64,000 nt of DNA, from assembly GCA_965242525.1 (NCBI GenBank), contig OZ251459.1, forward strand, positions 2,304,001-2,368,000. Direction: 5' to 3'. The notes below the pieces were generated by a model. That model searched no databases and was not told where the DNA came from. It was given only the letters and a program-made list of their open reading frames with translations. Position numbers and translations under genes: made by a program. Below, piece after piece: positions 37,513-46,973 of the stretch (its first letter is position 1; the number at the start of each line of letters is the position of its first letter). This stretch comes from an uncultured Candidatus Binatia bacterium. Lineage in GTDB: Bacteria; Desulfobacterota; Binatia; UBA9968; JAJDTQ01.

Positions 37513-38907
37513 CTACGGCCGTTCCCGGGCCACGCCCAGGGAAAGGAAGTAGCTCTTGATGGTTTCCTTGAACTCCGCGGGGATCTCCGCGGTGGAGAGG
37601 TCCGCTTCCGCCTGCCGTCGGTAGCGCACCACCACCGCCTCCTCCGCGGCCTCGCTCTCGCCCGGACGCGCCTCGCCCCGGAAGCCGAAGCCCCGGCTCG
37701 GCCCCTGCCCGACGAGCCCTCGGAGGTGCGCGCGCACCCGGGCCTGGAAGGCCGGGTCGAAGGGCTCCCCTCCGCCCCGTCCGGGCTCGTTGCCGGGCCG
37801 CGGCCCCGGAGCCGTCCCGTCCTCCTCGGGTCCCGCGGGACCGCCCGGGGCGGCCGCCTCCGCGGTGGATTGGTCCGCCGGATCCCCGGGCACGAGATCG
37901 GTGAGGAACTCCCGGGTGGCCGCCAGCGACCTGCGGTCCTGCTCCTCCCTGGCCTCCCGACGGAGACGGTCGAGGAACTCCCGCACTTCCTGCTCGCTCA
38001 TGTCCGCGGAGTCACCGGGAAAGCGGTCCAGGGAGGAAAGGCCCATGGACTCCAGCAGTTCGCTCCTGCTCCGTCCCTCGAACGAGCCCTCCGGCCCGCC
38101 CTCCTCCGAGGGCCGGAGCCGCTCCCTCAGGCCGGCGAGGGCCGCGTCGGACAGGCCCGGCCACTCGACGCCCGAATCGGTGGAGCGCCACCGGGCCATC
38201 TCGTCCAGCACCTCCGCCATGGCGCCCACCGACGCCTGCAAGCTCGATTCGTCCGCGCCGGCCTCGTGCCGGTCGGCGAGCTCGCGCAACGCCCGGGCCG
38301 TGCGCAGGCTCTCGGCCAAGTCCCGGGAGCGCGCCCGCTCACCGAGGTCCCGGGCGTGCTCCCGGACCTCCTGCGCCATCCGCGCCGACGCCGACGACGC
38401 CTCGGGGGCGCCGCCCCGGGGCAGCCACGCCCCCCCGACCGCCAGCAGCGCCAGCAGCGGCGCCGCCCACGCATGCCACGTGAACCGCCGCGGGAGCAAC
38501 GGCCGGAGGTCGGCCCCGGCCAGCCTCTCCGCGGCTTCCTCCACCACCAGGTCCTCTTCCGGTCGGCCTCGTTCCCGCTCCGGGGAGCGGCGCAGGATCT
38601 CCCACGCGGTCAGCGTCCGCTCCCGGAGTTGCAGCGCGTCGTCCACCCGCTTGAGCGAACCCACGAACGCCTGCTCGCGCCAGGGGCGCAGCAGGAACAC
38701 CCCGGCCGCGGCGCCGGCGAACAGGGCCGGCGTCCACCACAACAGGCCGGCGTCCACCGGGAACCAGGGCCGCGCCAGCACCAGCGCCGCGGCCGCAAGC
38801 GCGGTGTAGCAAAGGCTTTCCAGCAGCAGGCGCTCGCGCCGCTTGCGCCGCTCCCACCGGCGCAGACGGTCGAGGTCCTCCCTCAGAACGGACCCGGGGT
38901 CGGTCAC
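37513..38907 (-). CDS. Hypothetical membrane protein with coiled-coil C-terminus (MoxR-operon associated)
   Basis: GTGA overlap with the upstream gene, three TM segments, VDDALQLRERTLTAWE, C-terminal IPAEFKETIKSYF. Confidence 0.75.
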   Translation of the reverse strand: MTDPGSVLREDLDRLRRWERRKRRERLLLESLCYTALAAAALVLARPWFPVDAGLLWWTPALFAGAAAGVFLLRPWREQAFVGSLKRVDDALQLRERTLTAWEILRRSPERERGRPEEDLVVEEAAERLAGADLRPLLPRRFTWHAWAAPLLALLAVGGAWLPRGGAPEASSASARMAQEVREHARDLGERARSRDLAESLRTARALRELADRHEAGADESSLQASVGAMAEVLDEMARWRSTDSGVEWPGLSDAALAGLRERLRPSEEGGPEGSFEGRSRSELLESMGLSSLDRFPGDSADMSEQEVREFLDRLRREAREEQDRRSLAATREFLTDLVPGDPADQSTAEAAAPGGPAGPEEDGTAPGPRPGNEPGRGGGEPFDPAFQARVRAHLRGLVGQGPSRGFGFRGEARPGESEAAEEAVVVRYRRQAEADLSTAEIPAEFKETIKSYFLSLGVARERP

Positions 38908-39668
38908 GAGTACCCTTTCCGGACGCGCCGCAAGCCCCTGGCCAGCAACGCCAGCCCCATGGCGAACACCAAGCCCTGGAAGGTCCAGTGGACGAAGGCC
39001 GGGGGCCAGCCCCACCCGGCGGTGGCCGTGGACAGGTCCAGGACGCCGAGATGATAGAGCAGAAACGCCACCGGGTTCAACGTCTGGGCCCACGCCCCGA
39101 AGGCCCCCGAGAGCAGGAAGAAGCAGACGAAGATCCACCGGATGAAGACCCTGCGGCTGTCCGGCTTGCGCTCCCACAGGGTCAGGGCCACGAGGCCCCA
39201 GACGCCGTAGCCCACGGCGTAGAGCAGGAGCAGCGGCAGGGTGGAGGCCATGTCGCGGAGGGGCGACCGGGCGATGGCCCCGGACCAGGCCAGCAGCGGC
39301 GCCGCCAGGGACCACAGGACCAGGGCGTGGACTGCCAGGACGGACAGCAACCCACACCCCACCGCCAGCACCCCCAGCCGCTCCTCCTCCAGCCAGCGCC
39401 GCAGCGGCGAGAAGCGCCAGGCGAGGAATTCGAGGCCGGCGAACCGCAGCGTCAGATAGACGATCAGCAGCAGCACCGCCACCGACGAGAACTTGAAGAG
39501 GAACGCGGGTCCGACCCAGAACTGGGCCTCCCCGGACGGCAGGACCAGGGCCAGGACCTGCAGCGCGCCCAGAACGACCACGTAGAACAGGTAGGAGACG
39601 TACGCATGCCCGTCCCGCCAATAGACCTCCGCGGCCTCCCGGAACACCGGGTTCGACCAGGGGGTCAC
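38904..39668 (-). CDS. ABC-2 permease-like membrane protein
   Basis: Starts WSNPVFRE; about six TM helices; GTGA overlaps on both sides. Confidence 0.7.
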   Translation of the reverse strand: MTPWSNPVFREAAEVYWRDGHAYVSYLFYVVVLGALQVLALVLPSGEAQFWVGPAFLFKFSSVAVLLLIVYLTLRFAGLEFLAWRFSPLRRWLEEERLGVLAVGCGLLSVLAVHALVLWSLAAPLLAWSGAIARSPLRDMASTLPLLLLYAVGYGVWGLVALTLWERKPDSRRVFIRWIFVCFFLLSGAFGAWAQTLNPVAFLLYHLGVLDLSTATAGWGWPPAFVHWTFQGLVFAMGLALLARGLRRVRKGYS

Positions 39669-41494
39669 AGGTCCTCCTCCGCGCCGCCCAGCGGAACGGC
39701 GACCCGGAACATGCGGAAGTGGTGCGCCGCGACCCGCGGGTCGTCCACCCGGAGCGCCGGCTCCCCGTCCCGGAACCAGCCCACCACGAAGGCGGTCCCC
39801 GGGTCCGGCGCGCCGCCGTCCGGGGACAAGGCGCGCTGCAGCAGCACGCCGCGCACCGGTTCGTCGAAGCGGACCTCCCGGACCTCGGGGCCTTCCCCTT
39901 CCCCGGACCGGGCCGCGTCCGGGAACGCGGGGACCTCCCGCCGCAGCACGCCTCCGGGCGGCACGTCGCCCAGTTCGTAGCCGCGTCCTTCGACCACCAG
40001 CCAGCATTCCGCGAGGCCCTCGGCGCTCCGGTTGGCGATGCCGATGCGGTAGCGGTCCTGCGTCTGCGCCCAATCCACGCGCACCGAAGAAGGCCGAACC
40101 GAGCGCAACCGGAACAGCGCCGCGCTCCATTCCGCCAGCGGGACCTGGACCCGGTCCCGCGGCCGCCCCTGCCGCAGCACCAGCGAGGCGTCGGACTCCC
40201 TGTCTGCGGCCGGCGCCAAGTCGAGCCGGGTCCAGCCCGGTTCGAGGCCGAAGGAGAAGTCCCGGCGCCGGGTGGCGAAGAGGCCCACGTCGGAGTGCTC
40301 CGACGCGATCTCCGACCACAGGCTCTCCTCCACCACCGTGGAGGAGACCAGAACGCCATCGGGCACGTAACCGCCCCGGTCGAAGTACCAATAGCCGCCG
40401 AGGGCGGAGGCGAGCACGAGCCCCGCCGGCGCAAGCCCCAGGCCGCGCCGGGACGGCCCGCCCGCCTTCCACAGACGGAACCACAGCAGCAGCGACCCCG
40501 CGTAGAGGGCCAGCAGCAACAGCAACGGCCCCACCGGAGAGCGCAGGCTCACGAAGCCGAAGTCCTGGAGCAGCCCGGTGAACTCTTCCTTGCTCCACGC
40601 GTTCCACCGGTCCGATGGCCGGGGCGGGGGCGCGCCCAGCATCTCCTCGAACAACGCCGGCAGGCCCTGCCAGTCCGCCACCGGCGGCCGGCCCACGTCC
40701 AGGGCCAGGTAGGCCACCCTGCCCTGGCCGTGGCTCCGCTCCACCACGATGGGGGTGTCCCCCTCCGCCAGCCGCACCGTGCCGCGGGTCGCCGCGGCCT
40801 GCTGGACCAGGACGTCTTCGAGGGCGCCGCCGAACCGCGCCGACAGGTCCGGGAGCGCCTCCAGCCGCTCCAGGCCCCGGACCTCCACCGGCAGCAGCCC
40901 CGCGGTGGCAGGGTCCCGGTAGAGGGCGAAGTGGACCCCGCCCAGGGCCGCCATGACCCCTCCCGAAGAGAGCCAGCGCTCCAGCGCGCCGCGCTGCCGC
41001 CTCGACAGGCCGCGCAGGGACTGCTCGTAGAGCATCACGCTCCAGACCCCGCCGTAGGCCCGGACGTCCTCCGGGAGCTCGCCCAGGGGCAGGGAGACCA
41101 CGGGCGTCGGCGCCTCCCGGGACAGGGGGATGGCCGGGGCCACGTTGCTCCGGGTCAACAGCAGCACCAGGGGCTGGCCGGTGAACCGCCCCCGCAGGCT
41201 CACGGAGGTCTCATGGGCGCGCCCGGCGCCGGTGAAGCGGAGCCGCAGCGGCTGCGCCACCGAATCGGGATCGACGGTGAGGAAGACGACCTTGCGGGCG
41301 TGGGCCGACAGGAACACGTCCCGACGCTGGAGGAAGGAATAGGGCGGTATGCCGCGGGTGGGTCCGCCCCGGGCCTCTTCCACCTCCAGCACGCCCCGCA
41401 CCGCGGCGCCGGAGTTGACCAGCTCCACCCGCAGCGGCAGCGGCTCGCCAAGGCGGAAGACGCCGCCGAACCCCGGCTGCGCCCGTATCGACAC
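39665..41494 (-). CDS. Hypothetical exported/membrane protein with a GATase-like domain; start uncertain
   Basis: GEPLPLRVELVNSG, QRGALERWLSSGG, LLPV, GQGRV, two TM helices; the frame stays open upstream through a signal-peptide-like stretch. Confidence 0.75.
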   Translation of the reverse strand: MSIRAQPGFGGVFRLGEPLPLRVELVNSGAAVRGVLEVEEARGGPTRGIPPYSFLQRRDVFLSAHARKVVFLTVDPDSVAQPLRLRFTGAGRAHETSVSLRGRFTGQPLVLLLTRSNVAPAIPLSREAPTPVVSLPLGELPEDVRAYGGVWSVMLYEQSLRGLSRRQRGALERWLSSGGVMAALGGVHFALYRDPATAGLLPVEVRGLERLEALPDLSARFGGALEDVLVQQAAATRGTVRLAEGDTPIVVERSHGQGRVAYLALDVGRPPVADWQGLPALFEEMLGAPPPRPSDRWNAWSKEEFTGLLQDFGFVSLRSPVGPLLLLLALYAGSLLLWFRLWKAGGPSRRGLGLAPAGLVLASALGGYWYFDRGGYVPDGVLVSSTVVEESLWSEIASEHSDVGLFATRRRDFSFGLEPGWTRLDLAPAADRESDASLVLRQGRPRDRVQVPLAEWSAALFRLRSVRPSSVRVDWAQTQDRYRIGIANRSAEGLAECWLVVEGRGYELGDVPPGGVLRREVPAFPDAARSGEGEGPEVREVRFDEPVRGVLLQRALSPDGGAPDPGTAFVVGWFRDGEPALRVDDPRVAAHHFRMFRVAVPLGGAEEDL

Positions 41495-41561
41495 CTCTGC
41501 CCACGAGCAGGCGGGCCACAGGAGCCCCGCGAGAACCGCGGTCCGGAGGATGGCCCTGGGA

Positions 41562-42050
41562 CTATTCCACGAAAGAGACGTCCAGAACCTCGAAGTTCCG
41601 CACGCCCGCAGGCGTGCGCACCTCCACCAGGTCGCCCACGCGCCGACCGATCAGGGACCGCGCCACCGGGGAGCCCAGGGAGATGCGGCCTTCCCGGGGC
41701 TCGGCCTCGTGCTCGCCCACGATCTTGTAAACCACGTTCTCGTCGTTGTCGTCGTCCACCAGCGAGACCGTGGCGCCGAACACCACCTTGTCGCCGGACA
41801 GCCGGGACACGTCGATGACCTGGGCCCGCGCGATCCTGTCCTCGATCTCGCGGATCTGGACGTCGAGCAGGGACTGGCGCTCCTTGGCCGCGTGGAACTC
41901 GGCGTTCTCCGACAGGTCGCCGTGGGCCCGGGCTTCCTCGATGTCGCGGACGTTCCTGGGACGCTCAACGGATTTGAGGCGCTGGAGGTCCTCCAGCAAC
42001 TGTTGGTGCCCCCGCGCCGTCATGGGCACGGGGCCGTCGTTGTCTGCCAT
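41562..42050 (-). CDS. greA: Transcription elongation factor GreA
   Basis: IEEARAHGDLSENAEFHAAKERQ, VVFGATV, ISLGSPVARSLIG. Confidence 0.95.
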   Translation of the reverse strand: MADNDGPVPMTARGHQQLLEDLQRLKSVERPRNVRDIEEARAHGDLSENAEFHAAKERQSLLDVQIREIEDRIARAQVIDVSRLSGDKVVFGATVSLVDDDNDENVVYKIVGEHEAEPREGRISLGSPVARSLIGRRVGDLVEVRTPAGVRNFEVLDVSFVE

Positions 42051-42222
42051 CTGGCTGCACCTCTGGATAGTGTCCGAACGAGCCGGCAGAATGCGGCCCG
42101 CTCGCGGGTTTTCGGCCCCGGGGGAGTGTAGCACCCGCCCGCGGGAATGCAAGGAACGGTTCGGCGCAAGGGGGAGGCCGCCGGGGAGAAGGAGGACGGA
42201 GGGGGCTGGGAGGAGGGGGGCT

Positions 42223-43206
42223 TCAACTCCAGGAGCGTTTGCCGGGGCCGAACACGTGGCAGGCGGCGGCGTGGCCGCTGGGGGAGAACTCCAGCTCCGG
42301 CTCCACCTCGGAGCAGACCGGCTCCCGGAACGGACAGCGGGGGTGGAAGTTGCACCCGGAAGGGGGGTTCACCGGGCTCGGCACGTCCCCTTCCAGCACC
42401 ATGCGGTCCTTCTTGGGGTTGGGGTCGGGCATGGGCACCGCGGACAGCAGGGCGCGGGTGTAGGGATGGCGGGAGTCGCTGTAGATGGCCTCGCTGGGGG
42501 CGATCTCCACCACCTTGCCCAGGTACATGATGGCCACCCGGTGGCTCACGTGCTCCACCACCCGCAGGTCGTGGGAGATGAAGAAGTAGGTGAGGCTCAT
42601 GCTCTCCTGCAGCTCCTGCAGGAGGTTGATGATCTGGGCCTGGATGGACACGTCCAGGGACGACACGGGCTCGTCCGCCACGATGAACTTGGGCGACACC
42701 GCCAGGGCCCGGGCGATGCCGATGCGCTGGCGCTGGCCGCCGCTGAACTCGTGGGGGTAGCGGTCGTAGTGGTCCTCCCTGAGACCCACCTGCCGGAGCA
42801 GTCCCATCACCTGCTCCCTGCGCTTGCCGCCGGACGCCATGCGATGGATCTTGAGGCCCTCGCCGATGATCTCGCCGACCCTCATGCGCGGGTTCAGCGA
42901 GGCGTAGGGATCCTGGAATATGATCTGCATGCGCCGGCGCAGGTCGCGCATCTCGGCGTTGGAGATCCGCATGATGTCCTTGTCCTCGAACAGGATCTCG
43001 CCGTCGGTGGGCTCGATCAGCCGGAGTATGGTCCGGCCCAGGGTCGATTTGCCGCACCCGGACTCGCCCACCACCCCCAGGGTCTCCCCTTCCTCCACGG
43101 TGAGGCTTACGCCGTCCACCGCCTTCACGTCGCCCTTGCGGCGGGACAACAGCCCTTCCTCCACCGGGAAGTACTTCTTGAGGTTCCTGATTTCGAGCAG
43201 GCTCAC
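42223..43206 (-). CDS. Oligo/dipeptide ABC ATPase (OppF/DppF-like)
   Basis: [43 protein letters not shown]. Confidence 0.92.
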   Translation of the reverse strand: MSLLEIRNLKKYFPVEEGLLSRRKGDVKAVDGVSLTVEEGETLGVVGESGCGKSTLGRTILRLIEPTDGEILFEDKDIMRISNAEMRDLRRRMQIIFQDPYASLNPRMRVGEIIGEGLKIHRMASGGKRREQVMGLLRQVGLREDHYDRYPHEFSGGQRQRIGIARALAVSPKFIVADEPVSSLDVSIQAQIINLLQELQESMSLTYFFISHDLRVVEHVSHRVAIMYLGKVVEIAPSEAIYSDSRHPYTRALLSAVPMPDPNPKKDRMVLEGDVPSPVNPPSGCNFHPRCPFREPVCSEVEPELEFSPSGHAAACHVFGPGKRSWS

Positions 43207-43210
43207 GGGT

Positions 43211-44173
43211 TCAGTTCGTCCTGTAGCAGGAGACCCATTGATGGCGCCCCTTCTGCTCCAGCGGGGGCTCGTGCCCGGCGCAGATCCCCGACGCCTTGAA
43301 GCAGCGGTCCCGGAAGCGGCACCCGCTGGGCAGTTCCAGGGGACTGGGGACCACCCCCGGTATGGCGTCGAGCCGGCGCCGGCTGGCGCCGCTGGGCAGC
43401 GAGTTCAGCAGGCCGATGGTGTAGGGGTGCAGGGGTTTGCCGAATATGGCCTCGGGCCGTGCGCGCTCCACCATCCGGCCGGCGTACATGATGGCCACCT
43501 CGTCGGCCTGCTCGGCCACCACCCCGAGGTCGTGGGTAATGAGCAGCAGGGCCATGCCGAGCTGGTCCTGGAGCTCGCCCATCAACTCCAGGATCTGGGC
43601 CTGTATGGTCACGTCCAGGGCGGTGGTGGGCTCGTCGGCGATGAGCAGGCTCGGGTTGCACGACAGCGCCATGGCGATCATGACGCGCTGGCGCATGCCG
43701 CCGCTCATCTGGTGCGGGTAGTCGTTGACCCGGAGCCCGGGATCGGCGATCTTCACCAGCCGGAGCATCTCCACCGCCTTGTCGCGGGCCTCCCGCCGGG
43801 TGACCTTCTGGTGGAGGCGGATGGCCTCCATGATCTGGTCCCCGACCGTGAACACCGGGTTCAGCGAGGTCATGGGCTCCTGGAAGACCATGGAGATCTC
43901 GTTGCCGCGGATCTGCCGCATCTCCTCGTCCCGCAGCTTGAGCAGGTCCCGCCCGCGATAGAGGATCTCCCCCGCGGACACCTTCCCCGGAGGGGACGGG
44001 ATCAGCCGCATGATGGAGAGCGCGGTCACGCTCTTGCCGCAGCCCGACTCGCCCACCAGCCCCAGGGTCTTGCCCGCTTCGATGGTGAGGTCCAGGCCGT
44101 CCACCGCCGGCAACTCGCCGTCGGTGGTCACGAAGGATGTGTGGAGGTCCTTGAGTTCGAGCAGTGTCGCCAT
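43211..44173 (-). CDS. Oligo/dipeptide ABC ATPase (OppD/DppD-like)
   Basis: [45 protein letters not shown]. Confidence 0.92.
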   Translation of the reverse strand: MATLLELKDLHTSFVTTDGELPAVDGLDLTIEAGKTLGLVGESGCGKSVTALSIMRLIPSPPGKVSAGEILYRGRDLLKLRDEEMRQIRGNEISMVFQEPMTSLNPVFTVGDQIMEAIRLHQKVTRREARDKAVEMLRLVKIADPGLRVNDYPHQMSGGMRQRVMIAMALSCNPSLLIADEPTTALDVTIQAQILELMGELQDQLGMALLLITHDLGVVAEQADEVAIMYAGRMVERARPEAIFGKPLHPYTIGLLNSLPSGASRRRLDAIPGVVPSPLELPSGCRFRDRCFKASGICAGHEPPLEQKGRHQWVSCYRTN

Positions 44174-44384
44174 GTGGCCGCCGCTCCCTGCCGGCCGGGA
44201 GGAACCCGCAAGCGCGCACTCTACCAAAAATCACCGGGGCTGCAAACGTCCATCGGATGCGCGTCCGGGGCCGGGACCGTCCTCGGCCCGGGAGCAGGAC
44301 AATCCCACGCCCGGGGATAGCACCTGAAGATCTCCATAAATCAGGGGAACCGGAAGGTGGAAGGCGCCAGAAAAACGGGAATGC

Positions 44385-44576
44385 TCAGCCCGAATCCTGC
44401 GAAAGGCGACGATCCGAGAAGAGCCCCTTGATGACCGCAAGAACCAATCCGATAACGGCCACTGCCGTACTGCCGACAACAGCGATCAGAACTTTTCTTC
44501 CTCGGTGGACACGTCAAAGCCCAGGGAATCAGAAAAGACCCTCAAATATCTCTTCAGGTGGCTTCTTGGCCGACAC
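44385..44576 (-). pseudogene. Frameshifted/deleted small membrane protein downstream of the DUF4065 gene (probable toxin partner)
   Basis: Pieces lie in different frames: MSAKKPPEEIFE / SDSLGFDVSTEEE / KVLIAVVGSTAVAVIGLVLAVIKGLFSDRRLSQDSG*. Confidence 0.55.
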
Positions 44577-45078
44577 GGTCCCTTTCCATCCTGATCATTC
44601 CTCCAAAGTACTCTTGCATCGTCCCCCGCGGGATAACAAGCCCGATGGGCAGGACTTGACGGAGAAAATCCACCGAGGTGTCCTCTTCCCCTAACGCTTT
44701 GGTAACGGTGTCGTACCAAGGGGAACCTTTTTGATGAGCCATTGCTGACAACCGTATCGTACTCAAGGGACGGTACCCCTTCCAGATCATGTCTATGAAG
44801 TCGTGAGTCTCTCCATCGGAAACGACCGGACTTCCGGCCATGACTCGAGAAATATCCTCCCCTGCATGACCTGCCAACTTATAGTAGAGGGACGGGAAAA
44901 CAGGTCCCCATGTCCATGCTTCAAGAGCTTCCTCGACCAGAGGCTTCCCGTCTTCAAATCCCAAAAACCATCCATGCGCGAAATAGACGAGTTTGTGAAG
45001 TCTCACAATACCCACTTTCTCTTCGTCACGGCTTGCCAAACCAAGGAAACTATGCGCCACCGCAATCGCTGAAGGCAT
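44554..45078 (-). CDS. Panacea domain (DUF4065/GepA/SocA-like) antitoxin
   Basis: AIAVAHSFL, LHKLVYFAHGW, EALEAWTWGPVFPSLY, LSAMAHQKGSPW; low GC. Confidence 0.88.
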   Translation of the reverse strand: MPSAIAVAHSFLGLASRDEEKVGIVRLHKLVYFAHGWFLGFEDGKPLVEEALEAWTWGPVFPSLYYKLAGHAGEDISRVMAGSPVVSDGETHDFIDMIWKGYRPLSTIRLSAMAHQKGSPWYDTVTKALGEEDTSVDFLRQVLPIGLVIPRGTMQEYFGGMIRMERDRVGQEAT

Positions 45079-45164
45079 AAAGCGCTCCGTTGGTCGTGAA
45101 GGATCGTTGAACATGGAGAAAACCCATGGGGCCTTTACCTACCATGGACGGAAAAGTCAAACCG

Positions 45165-45379
45165 TTGCCCTCGTCCATGGCGGAACGGAACCGCGAGTCC
45201 CGTTCCAGGTCGATCCGCACCGAGTCCCCGGCGCACCGGTCCAGGACGGTTTCCACCAGCGTCGTCTTCCCCACCTGCCGCGCCCCGTCCAGCAGGAGCA
45301 CCGGCTTGTGGGGCGCGTCGTCGTCGATGAACCGCCTGAGCTCCCGCTCCTGGCGGCGCGGCACGTACAGGTTTGCCAT
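45165..45379 (-). pseudogene. Truncated AAA_14-type ATPase (N-terminus only)
   Basis: MANLYVPRR...VLLLDGARQVGKTTLV...IDLE, then breaks into AT-rich DNA before any Walker B. Confidence 0.7.
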
Positions 45380-45429
45380 ATTCCATACCTCGACGGGGTA
45401 TAGAAAGCCCAATTCCCTGCCGATCCCAA

Positions 45430-45798
45430 GGAAAGCCTGAACGGTCCCGGAGGAAGAGGCGTCCTTCGACTTCGCTTCGCTACGCTCAGGACGAACGGGT
45501 ACAGGAAGGTCACGGGGAGTAATCCCCCATCCGCGGCTCTATTGTTGGCGCTTCCGGAATTCGTGTGGGTTGCGACACTCTCCACGCACGCGATGATGTC
45601 GCTTCCTCCCATTCCGACCATGCCGTCCCCGGTTTGGCGTCGCAGACGCCCCACCCCGCATTCCCGCAGCTACCCACACCCGTCATTCCCGCGAAAGCGG
45701 GAATCCATCCCCGTTCGTCCTGAGCGTAGCGAAGCGAAGTCGAAGGACGCGCTCTTCCTTCGGAATTGTTCAGAGGTTCCCTGATGTTCAGGGTTTCC
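45430..45798. mobile_element. Composite MITE-like unit (two inverted REP-1 copies, an ISL3-like end, REP-2)
   Basis: Outer TIRs GGAAAGCCTGAAC / GTTCAGGGTTTCC with CAA on both flanks; an additional TIR copy ends at 45780. Confidence 0.6.
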
Positions 45799-45854
45799 CA
45801 AGGGCTTTCCGGTCTGGGCGGAAGCGGAAGGGCCGACCGCGGCGGACGGGGGCG

Positions 45855-46973
45855 CTACAGCAGTTCGACGTTGGCCCGGGGCACGGTCACGGTGCGGCCG
45901 TCCGGCAGGCGCGCGCGCAGGACGCGGGTGCGGGCACCGGTCTCGATGGGCTCGGGCTCGGGGGGCAGCGCCACCACTTCCGCGGCGACGCCGAAGTAGG
46001 GCGCCCGGACGATGCGGACGGGCGCACCGACTCGCAGGCCCGGGGCCGGAGACGGTCCCCGGGACGCGGGCGCCTCGCTCTCGTCCCGGGCGACGATGAT
46101 CTCGGGGCGGACCGCGCCCGCGCGCACCTGGGTGGCGCCGTTGATGGAGGCGGCGCGGCCGTCGAGGCTTCGGAGCAGGGAATGGGTGCGTTCCGCCAGG
46201 GGCAGCCAGCCGAAGCCCTCGGTGACGATGAGGGTCATGGGGACGTCCTCGTGGCCGGTGAGGGCCACGCCCAGGTCGTAACCGAGGTAGCCCCGGAGGG
46301 TGTGGTCGTCCACCGACCCCACCACCATCCCCACCGCGCCGGCCGCGGCCGCCTGCTGCAACGCCGTGAGGCTCGGACAGGTGCCGCCCACCAGCACCTT
46401 GCCGGCCGCGTCCGCGGGTATCGTCTTCGCCCCCACCACGGTCCTGGGGCCGCCGTCCAGTACCCGTATGACGCCGCAGCGTTCGCCGCCGATGCCGAAG
46501 ATCCCCTGGACGAACGCCCCGCGGCTCTCCACCGTGACGGACTTGTCCCGCTCGACCTCCGCCACCGTGCCGGGCAGGTACGCCCGCAGCTCGATGGCGT
46601 GGGCCGCCAGACGAAGCCCCACGTGCCCGGTGCGCGGGGTGACGAACTCCACCACGCCGCTCGCGGGCGCGTGGAACCGCGACCGGAACAGCCCGAACAG
46701 TCCCACGTGCTCGCACAGAAGGCCGCCTTCCGCCACCGGGTCGCCTTCCGCAGCCTTGAGGCCCTTGACCGCCTCGAAGGGTTCGATGCCGAGGCTCTCC
46801 GGGATGCGCAGGATGCGCAGCTCGCCCGGCAGCTCGGCACGGGCCACCACGGTGTCCGGCACCACCGTGTCGCCGACCTCGCAGAGTATCCGCCCGGGCG
46901 CCGGAAGCTCGCGGGTCTTCCGCACCACCGTGTGGTCCTGCACCCGGAGTCCGGGCGTGAACGCCGGCGTCAT
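45855..46973 (-). CDS. Hypothetical protein with barrel-sandwich-hybrid repeats and a C-terminal KOW-like motif (GlmL-associated)
   Basis: GRILCEVGDTVVPDTVVA; EGDPVAEG...APASGVV; VQGIFGIGGE; TEGFG; LRVGAPVRIVRAPYFG...VTVPRANVE; ATGA overlap with the glmL-like gene. Confidence 0.8.
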   Translation of the reverse strand: MTPAFTPGLRVQDHTVVRKTRELPAPGRILCEVGDTVVPDTVVARAELPGELRILRIPESLGIEPFEAVKGLKAAEGDPVAEGGLLCEHVGLFGLFRSRFHAPASGVVEFVTPRTGHVGLRLAAHAIELRAYLPGTVAEVERDKSVTVESRGAFVQGIFGIGGERCGVIRVLDGGPRTVVGAKTIPADAAGKVLVGGTCPSLTALQQAAAAGAVGMVVGSVDDHTLRGYLGYDLGVALTGHEDVPMTLIVTEGFGWLPLAERTHSLLRSLDGRAASINGATQVRAGAVRPEIIVARDESEAPASRGPSPAPGLRVGAPVRIVRAPYFGVAAEVVALPPEPEPIETGARTRVLRARLPDGRTVTVPRANVELL

